A stretch of 64,000 nt of DNA from Octopus vulgaris. Taxonomy: Eukaryota. This document shows, one piece after another, positions 55,156-64,000 of this stretch. Made by a program: the position numbers and the translations under genes. Position 1 is the stretch's first letter; every line of letters starts with the position of its first letter. Location: the NCBI GenBank assembly GCA_951406725.2, contig OX597817.1, forward strand, positions 162,130,001 to 162,194,000, read 5' to 3'. The notes under the pieces are model-generated. The model made no database searches. It worked only from the letters and a program-made list of their open reading frames with translations, and was not told the origin of the DNA.

Positions 55156-56055
55156 CACCTCCATGACATCCGCCTTGCCAACGACACACCGGTCTCACGC
55201 CATTTCCGCTCCACCGGTCACTCCTTGCAACACCTGTCTGTGTTCGGTTTGTCCTTGCACAGAGGCCATCCGGATTCCCGTATGCGCCGTGAACAGGAAT
55301 TAATCTTCTCTCTTCGCTCTTTCACGCCATTTGGTCTCAACTCTCCCCCTCCTCATCTAACCTCCCCCCGACCCCTACTTCACTTCAGTCCTTCATCCTT
55401 TCACCCCTACTCTCTTTCCCTCCTCTTCCCTTCTTCCCTCTTTCTTCTTCCCTCTTACCCCTTCCCTCTTTCTCTCTGCTTCCTCTTTCTTCTTCCCTCT
55501 TCCCCTTCCCTCCTTCTCTCTGCTCCCTCACTCCACTTCTCTCTCCCCCTCTCTCTCCTCCCTCCTCCACTCCCCTCCTCTTCTCCTGTCCTCTCCTTCC
55601 TTCTCCCACTCCCCTCTCCCCATCTCTCCCCTCCCCCTCATCTCCTCTCTCTACACTACACCATACGACATTACACATCACATCATACATACATACACAC
55701 GTCCAGACCTTTCATACGCACTACATACTCTCTCATACACACACACACACCCTTATGTTGGGGCGTTGGTCATTTGACCCTGTTATCTCCCCTATTTTCG
55801 CTCTTGCGTCTCACGTTTGATCTTTGACTTTTGGCCAGAATCAGATCGCCATGTTGAATCGCTAGCTTCTGCACGCATTTTTTTTCTTTCCTTGTTTCTT
55901 TCCGTGTTTCTTTTCTGTGTATCTTTCTGTTGAAGAGCGTAGGCTCGAAATGTAAAAGACTTGTTTTATTTATATTGCTGAGCGCCATACTAATACAATT
56001 GTTTGTTTGTATTCCACCTGCCTTCGTCTTTTGTCTATTTTCATAAAGCTTCCCG

Positions 56056-56056
<1 letters not shown>
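55156..56056 (+). mobile_element. Penelope-like element 3' end: GIY-YIG C-terminus plus terminal region with hammerhead-like motif
   Basis: HLHDIRLANDTPVSRHFRSTGHSLQHLSVFGL...RMRREQELIFSLRSFTPFGLN (55156-55341); motif at 55922-55959; (TA)n on both sides. Confidence 0.85.
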
Positions 56057-56130
<74 letters not shown>

Positions 56131-56679
56131 TGTATGTATGTATGTATGTATGTATGCATGCATGTATATGTATATATATGTATGTATATGTATATACATA
56201 CATACATATTTATATATATATGTATATATATATATGTATGTATGTATGTATGTTTGTATATATGTATGTATGTATGTATGCATGTATGTATGTATGTAAG
56301 TGTATCACGTCCTCGCGTTGATTTTTCTTGTTTTTTTTTCTCCGTTTTTTTTTTATTGATTATTTATGTACAGATTTGTATGTTTTTGTTTTATCTGTGA
56401 ATTCTCATGCATGTAGTTGCATGTCTAGACATGCTCGTATATACTGAAATGTATGCATTTATGTATGCATGTACGCACATATGAATGTATCTTTTACTTG
56501 TCTCAGCCATTTGACTACGGCCATACTGGAACATTTCACCTAGAAAAGTTTAGCCTAGTACTTATTATATCGGTCTCTTTTAGTCAAAACGCTGTTCTGG
56601 GAACGTAAACAAACCCACACCGTTTGCCAAGTGGTGGTGAGTGACAAACGCAAACACTGACACACATACTTACACATGC

Positions 56680-57145
56680 ATACATACATACATACATATA
56701 TACATACATACATACATACGTACGTACGTACATACATACATACATACATACATACATACGTACGTACGTACATACATACATACATACATACGTACATACA
56801 TACATACATACATACGTACGTACATACATACATACATACATACATACATACATACGTACGTACGTACGTACATACGTACGTACATACATACATACATACG
56901 TACGTACGTACGTACGTACGTACATACATACGTACGTACATACATACATACATACATACATACATACATACATACATACGTACGTACGTACGTACATACA
57001 TACATACGTACGTACGTACGTACATACATACATACATACGTACATACATACATACATACATACATACATACATACATACATACATACATACATACATACA
57101 TACATACGTACATACATACATACATACATACATACATACATACAT
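56680..57145. repeat. Mixed (TACA)n/(TACG)n tetranucleotide array
   Basis: Directly visible. Confidence 0.95.
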
Positions 57146-57720
57146 GTGTGTGTATTATGTATGTGTATTCTTTTGTTCTTTTAGTTGGTTCATTCATCAG
57201 ACTGCGGTCATGCTGGGGCACCGCCTTGAGGGGGTTCAGTCGAACTAATCAACCCCAGTACTTATTTTGAAGCCTGGTACTAATTCTATCGATCAGTTAT
57301 GCCGAACCGCTAAGTTACGGGGCACGTAAACTCGCCACCACCGGTAGTGATTTTCAGTCAGTAGTGGAGACAAACACAGACACAAATACACACAAACACA
57401 CTCACACACATACACACACACATACGACGGGCTTCTTTCAGTTTCCGTGAACCATATCCATTCACAAAACTTTGGTTGGTCCGAGGCTAGCTTTTATTTC
57501 TTTACTGCCCACAAGGGGCTACACACAGAGGGAACAAACAAGGACAGACAGACGGATTAAGTCGATTATATCGACCCCAGTGCGTAACTGGTACTTATTT
57601 AATCGACCCCCGAAAGGAAGAAAGGCAAAGTCGACCTGGGCGGAATTTGAACTCAGAACGTAGCGACAGACGCTTCTTACCACACATCCACGCCTACATA
57701 TGTGCGTGTGCGTGTGCGTG

Positions 57721-57788
<68 letters not shown>

Positions 57789-57947
57789 CCAAATCCACTC
57801 ACAAGGCTTTTGGCCGGCACGTGGCTATACTAGAACACTTGACCAAGGTGCCGCGAAATGAGACACAACCCGAAATCACGTGGTTGGAAACGAACTTCTG
57901 AACCACACTGCCTGCCTGCCTCCGCCTCCGCCTACTCGATAATTAAC

Positions 57948-58019
57948 CTCCCCGGCAAGAAATCGAACCCCGCCCTCCCGCGTGGCAAGCGATAATATTT
58001 GTCATTGTATCAAACGCCG
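57948..58019 (-). pseudogene. Degenerate tRNA-Asp-derived pseudogene
   Basis: Minus strand ...CGCTTGCCACGCGGGAGGGCGGGGTTCGATTTCTTGCCGGGGAG aligns with metazoan tRNA-Asp(GTC) CGCCTGTCACGCGGGAGACCGGGGTTCGATTCCCCGACGGGGAG; stems disrupted. Confidence 0.65.
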
Positions 58020-58049
58020 GTTGTGAAGTGTATCTGAAACAAACAGACA

Positions 58050-58461
58050 GCGCAGGAGTGGCTGTGTGGTAAGTAGCTTGTTTACCAACCGCATGGTTCC
58101 GGGTTCAGTCCCACTTCATGGCACCTTGGGCAAGTGTCTTCTACTATAGCCTTGGGCCGACCAAAGCCTTGTTAGTGGATTTGGTAGACGGAAACTGAAA
58201 GAAGCCTGTCGTATATATGTGTATATATATATATATATATGCGTGTGAGTGTTTGTGTGTCTGTGTTTGTCCCCCTAGTATTGCTTGACAACCGATGCTG
58301 GTGTGTTTACGTCCCCGTTACTTAGCGGTTCGGCAAAAGAGACCGATAGAAAAAGTACTGGGCTTACAAAGAATAAGTCCCGGGGTCGATTTGCTCGACT
58401 AAAGGCGGTGCTCCAGGATGGCCACAGTCAAATGACTGAAACAAGTAAAAGAGTAAAAGAG
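58050..58461 (+). mobile_element. SINE family A, near full length
   Basis: Consensus match. Confidence 0.9.
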
Positions 58462-58687
58462 TATAAACATACGAAGGCTCACATATATGTATATACGTAG
58501 GGGTTTCCGCAGTTTCCATCTGCCAAAAATTGGTTCTGACGGCATTGTTCTGTTCAGGGATGTAGACAAAAACGCTTGTCACGATGTCGCGCATTGGGAG
58601 CGAACCCAAAACCACGTAGTTGTGAAGCGAGCTTCTTAACCACACAGCCGTGCTCATGAAGTAAAGAAGTTCGTTGCACGACCTCCT

Positions 58688-58755
<68 letters not shown>

Positions 58756-59081
58756 TATATATATATATTCTTTTAGTAGTATCGGTCGTATGACTGCGGC
58801 CATGCTGGAGCACCGCCTTGCTTTATGTTCTTTCCGTTTTATTGCCGCTTTATTGCTGAAAGTAGGTTTAAGATTGAGTGTAAAAATACACACATATACG
58901 TACGCAGCTATACGGGTTTGCGAGTGTGTATATTTGTATATGTATGTACACATGTGTACCGGAGTACACACATAAATGTGTACCGGAGTAAACACATAAA
59001 TGTGAAACAAGGTGGAAAAAAGAGTACTCAAATACCAGTGGTAGAGTAATATGCTTTATTTAAAGCAGCAGAAAATTCAAC

Positions 59082-59128
59082 AAAATCTGTTACTCTGAGT
59101 TTCTCGTTGCCGTTCATCAGACAGTTTT
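59082..59128 (-). ncRNA. Minimal type I hammerhead ribozyme
   Basis: Minus strand AAAA-CUGU-CUGAUGA-ACG-GCAA-CGA-GAA-ACUC-A-GAGU-A-ACAG-A-UUUU: intact CUGAUGA and GAAA, GUA cleavage triplet, stem I CUGU/ACAG. Confidence 0.7.
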
Positions 59129-59199
59129 TGCTATATGTATATATATATATATATACATTTCCAAACACCCCTCCCCCTCACACATATAAATATATATAT

Positions 59200-59551
59200 A
59201 CGCAGGAGTGGCTGTGTGGTAAGTAGCTTGCTAACCAACCACATGGTTCCGGGTTCAGTCCCACTGCGTGGCACCTTGGGCAAGTGTCTTCTGCTATAGC
59301 CCCGGGCCGACCAATGCTTTGTGAGTGGATTTGGTAGACGGAAACTGAAAGAAGCCTGTCGTATATATGTATATATATGTATGTGTGTGTGTGTGTGTTT
59401 GTGTTTGTCCCCCTAGCATTGCTTGACAACCGATGCTGGTGTGCTTATGTCCCCGTTACTTGGCGGTTCGGCAAAAAAGACCGATAGAATAAGTACTAAA
59501 GGCGGTGCCCCAGCATGGCCGCAGTCAAAATGACTGAAACAAGTAAAAGAG
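59200..59551 (+). mobile_element. SINE family A with small internal deletion
   Basis: Consensus match; segment between two ACT microhomologies missing before the tail. Confidence 0.85.
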
Positions 59552-59870
59552 AAAAAAATACATTAAAGAGAAGAGGAGACAGTGAAACATACATACATGC
59601 GTACAGACAGACAGACAGATAGAGAGAGAGCGCGCGAGAGAGAGATTGAAGGCTTGAAACAGACAAAAGAGGACAATAAGAAAAAACAACAAAAAAAAAA
59701 ACGAAAGCCAGGAGAGGAGAAAAAAAAGAAAGTGATAAAGTAAGGAACACCAAACGTCGCTAAACAACAACGAAAACAATAACAATAACATGGCTTGAAC
59801 CATTTAGAAGATAAACTAAGGTATTGCCGAAGGAGTGGGAGTGAATGCTATAAATAATGGTGAGAGAAGT

Positions 59871-60022
59871 GTGTGCACGTATGTACTTCCATATATGTAT
59901 GTAAGTGCGTGTGTGCATGTATGTACTTCCATATATGTATGTAAGTGCGTGTGTGCATGTATGTACTTCCATATATGTATGTAAGTTCGTGTGTGCATGT
60001 ATGTACTTCCATATATGTATGT
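59871..60022. repeat. 40-bp minisatellite, about 4 units
   Basis: ATGTACTTCCATATATGTATGT recurs at 59881, 59921, 59961, 60001. Confidence 0.9.
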
Positions 60023-60188
60023 CAGTGTGCCTGTGCGTGTGTATGTGTCTGTGGTGTGCGTGTTGTTTCACTGCTGTGTCTGTGAGTGTCAGTATAGATG
60101 TGTGTTTGTTTATGCGCGTTATTTATGTGTGTGTATTTGTATGTATAAGCCTGTTATCTATGCGTGTGTGCATTACTGTTCGTATGTG

Positions 60189-60223
<35 letters not shown>

Positions 60224-60870
60224 CTTTATAACTGATTGCTTATGTGTTAATATAAGAGACGTGTTTGCCGTGATGTGCGTGCCTGTATGTATGCGCGTGT
60301 GAGCATGTATGTGCGTGCCTGTGTGTGTGTGTGTGTTTGTATGTGGGTGTGCGTGTGCGTGTTACTTCAGATATTGTTCCGAACCAGGTCACCCTTGATC
60401 GTACTAACCTACGGTTAGAGGCAGTCCAGCCGTGACCATTCTATCCTTTTTTCCTCTGTGCAGGGAACTGAGGGCACATTACCAAACATACCCTTTCCTA
60501 AGATTATAACGTGAGTTGGGGGGATGAGGGTAGGTTGGTGGGTAATCTGAAGAAATTTGGCTGCTATATCCAGCAACTTGAGTGACCACGTGTGGGTACC
60601 CGCGTTGCGTTTCACGGGCTTGTTGTGCCTATGTGTATGCATGTATATCTGCTTGCGCGCGTGTCTATGTGTATGTGTCTGTGTTCATGAACATGTGTAC
60701 GTTTGCATATCTTTATGTGTATCTCTGAGCGCGCGTTGCGCGTGTTACTATTCTTTTAGTGGTTTCCGTTTATGGACTGAGGCCACGCTGGAGCACCGCC
60801 TGAAAACACAGATATGTGTTTGTATATCTCTATGTGTTCGTTACATATCTCTATGTATGTTACAACAGTG

Positions 60871-61252
60871 GGGAGGCGTATTGGCCCAGTGGTTAGGGCA
60901 GCGGACTCGCGGTCGTGGGATCGCGGTTTCGATTCCCCGACCGGGCGTTGTGAGTGTTTATTGAGTGAAAATACCTAAGACTCCATGAGGCTCCGGCAGG
61001 GGGAGTGGGTGGCAAACCCTGCTGTACTCTTTCACCACAACTTTCTCTCACTCTTTCTTCCTCTTTCTGTTGTACCTGTATTTCAAAGGGGCCAGCCTTG
61101 TCACACTCTATGCCATGCTGAATCTCCCTGACAACTACGTTAAGGGTACACGTGTCTGTGGAGCGCTCAGCCACTTGCACGTTAATTTCACGAGCAGGCT
61201 GTTCCGTTGATCGGATCGAATGGAACCCTCGTCGTCGCAACCGACGGAGTGT
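60871..61252 (+). mobile_element. Full-length SINE family C (body 1 + tail 1)
   Basis: Aligns end to end with 9861-10244. Confidence 0.85.
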
Positions 61253-61294
61253 CACGATGTTACAATTGGTATGTATGTTTGTGCTTCTTTATAC

Positions 61295-61585
61295 GCGTGG
61301 CTTGGAGTATACGGTTTTCGGCTCGCGATCGTAGGGTTGTGAGTTCGATTCCTAGCGACGCGTTATATCCTTGAGCAAGACACTTTATTCCAGTCAACTA
61401 GTCTGGCAAAAATGAGTAGTACTTATAATTCAAAGGGTCGGTCTTGGTCACACTCTGTGTCACGCTGAATCTCCCTGGGTTACACGTGTCTGTGGAGTGC
61501 TCAGTCACTTGCTCGTGAAGTTAACGAGCAGGCCGTTTCATTGATCGTATAAACCGGAACCCTCGTCGTCGAGAGCGACGGAGAT
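61295..61585 (+). mobile_element. SINE family C (body 2 + tail 1)
   Basis: B box GAGTTCGATTCC, CCTTGAGCAAGACACTTT body, tail CCTCGTCGTCGAGAGCGACGGAG. Confidence 0.75.
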
Positions 61586-61807
61586 CCAGTATGTGTATAT
61601 GTGTGTGTGTCTGTATGTTACTATAGATATTTCCGTATCTGTGTGTGCGTGTATGTGTGTGTGTGTGCGTATTACTATGAACGTGTGTTTGTCTATATGC
61701 ATATATCACACGCGATATTTTCATTTCTAGGTGTGTTTGTATTTTCCTGTATGTGTCTGATGTGTGGATAGGTTAGGGTGTGCCTTCGTGTTAGCTCTGT
61801 GTGTGTG

Positions 61808-61868
<61 letters not shown>

Positions 61869-61988
61869 GACAGACAGAGAGAGCCGCAGATGTGTGTTAC
61901 TAAGGAGGAGCTTGTCCTGCAGAATTGTGATGTGTGTGGCTGTGAGTTTGCTGTGCATGAATGTGTGTGTAACATTAATGCGTGCGTG

Positions 61989-62029
<41 letters not shown>

Positions 62030-62726
62030 ATGTGTGTGTGTGTGTATATATTTATTTTTTATTTATTTTTTATTTATTTATTTATCACTCATAATGTGTG
62101 TGTGTGTGTGTGTTACTGAAGATATATGAGAAACTGTGCATGCGTGTTCTGGTGTATTCGAGTCAATGTTACACCATATATGTATGTGTTAATGTACACA
62201 CACGCACACAAACACACACATAAACACACACATACGCGTGCTCAATGTGTGTGTGTGTGTGTGTACGTGTGCGTGTTTCTCTGTAGTATACAGCAATATA
62301 TATATATATACACATCTATGGTAACGCATCCAAAATACACATAACATCTCCACCCCTCAGGCCTTGTGTGCATAGAACTGTGACGTGACTTCCTGTGTGG
62401 AATTAATTAGCTGCAAATTATAACACCCGGCTTTTCTGACTACCTTATCCACTGTGTAAAATCGTTATCTACGGTGGTATCTCGACTCCTCTTAAAGGCC
62501 TTGACCTCCTTCTAGTTTCATCTCTTAACCCAGCCTTTCTTTCTTTCTTTTTCCTCTTTTTTTTTCCTTTGCCCATCCCTCGTATGTACAACCACATTTC
62601 CGTCTCACAACCTCGACGAAACAGCGAGGTGGTGACTCTCTATTGCAGTCACTTGGTTCTTCTAGAAATAACAGCCAGACCTCCCTCGTATGATACTCTG
62701 CCATTTTAAAACGAGGACATATTCAA

Positions 62727-63074
62727 TCTCTCTATATATAAAGCTGAAGTTGTCTGTGAATGGCAGGTTTGGTAGCCTTCAACTAATACTATTTCCTCCG
62801 AGACCCTGCGGCGCAAGTTGACCAAAGTTGAGAGTATGATAGAAGAAGGCTTGCTCTTCCTTCCGTAGAAGAAAAAATTTAAATCGGACCATGTTAACAC
62901 CAAAAATTATTTACATCAAAAAGGTGCTTTTTTTTCTATGAAAATCCTTATTTTTTAAGATTTTTTGACTGCTGTGTCGCCATTTTTCGGTGTATTTCAA
63001 CCAGAAAAATGTTCACTTAAAGAGAATAACAAGCTAGATGATGCAACATTTTTACTTTTCGAAAATTCTGCTAG
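62727..63074 (+). mobile_element. Helitron-like non-autonomous element
   Basis: Starts A|TCTCTCTATATATAAA like 5500-5869 and ends CTGCTAG|T; subterminal hairpin not seen. Confidence 0.5.
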
Positions 63075-64000
63075 TATAAAATATAGTTCTCGATATACAA
63101 CGTCTGAGAAAATAAGTTGGGGTCCCGTTGATTATAGGTCTACTCCCGAGGCGTTCAGTAACAGACCATCGTAAGCGTCACAACTTAAAAACCGAGAAAA
63201 ACGCTAAGTTTCGCGACTTTCAGAATTCGATATCTCGGCAAGGGAAGAAGTTAGGAAGCTGGTTTTGGTCTTAAAATAACTGTGAAGACCTCCTCTAATC
63301 ATCCCACCTATGTAAAATTATCTATTTATGTATGCATCTGAAAGATGAAACAATGACTGCGTCTTTCTCATTTTGCACAAAATACCGGTACTACGAAACG
63401 GTGTATTGCATTGCATATTTTAGCCATAATACCTAGGAAAAAAATATACAGAAACCTCCCAGAGGTATTGTTTGTGTTTTAGTATACCAAGGTAAATATC
63501 TTTAAGAGGTAAGTAAGACAAGATAGTAAGATAATAGCCCATTATCGTTATGATGGTAATGAGTAGTATTAGAAAATGAGCCATAACACCTCGAAAAATG
63601 ATACAGGGACCACACCGAAGTTATTGATTGAGCGTGTGCGCTTACGATGGTGTGTTACTAAACTCTCTGGTCCGAGTTTGGTTGAGCGAGTGTCGTGTCA
63701 GTAGCGTCGAGGTATAATTTTTTCCAGCCGGATTTTCGACCTTATTGCAAGCCTCACCGGTTCTTTCTCCAAAACTCTTTCGGATTCTAGACGTCGAGAC
63801 AAAGAAAATGAAGTACTAACCTCGAAAATGGTCGGGTTGGCGCTTACGATACTCTGTTACTAAACGCCTGTACATATACATTTCCGTCTCACAACCTCGA
63901 CGAAACAGCGAGGTGGTGACTCTCTTTTGCGGTCACTTGGTTCTTCTAGAAATAACAGCCAGCCCTCCCTTGTATGATACTCTGCCATTTTAAAACGAGT

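Overview
Eukaryotic, AT-rich, microsatellite-saturated intergenic/intronic DNA. The SINE repertoire looks like that of an octopus (coleoid cephalopod); this is inferred from recalled repeat families, not tested. I found no credible host protein-coding exon. Almost all ORFs in the track are microsatellite or SINE artefacts. The window is a layered transposon graveyard. It contains three tRNA-derived SINE groups (A, B, C, dozens of copies) and 3' fragments of RTE, CR1-group and Hero (RLE) LINEs. It also holds Penelope-like remnants with GIY-YIG coding and minimal hammerhead ribozymes, decayed maT (DD37D) and pogo-like transposases, Merlin-, hAT-, piggyBac- and mariner-type MITEs with readable TSDs, and non-autonomous Helitrons. 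The most notable signals are at RNA level: one near-canonical minimal hammerhead, a recurrent CUGUUGA-core hammerhead variant, and SINE/LINE 3' stem-loops with compensatory changes. There is also a non-autonomous RTE-tailed element built from tandem ~63-nt structured units, and combinatorial body/tail shuffling among SINEs. All coordinates and alignments were read by eye.
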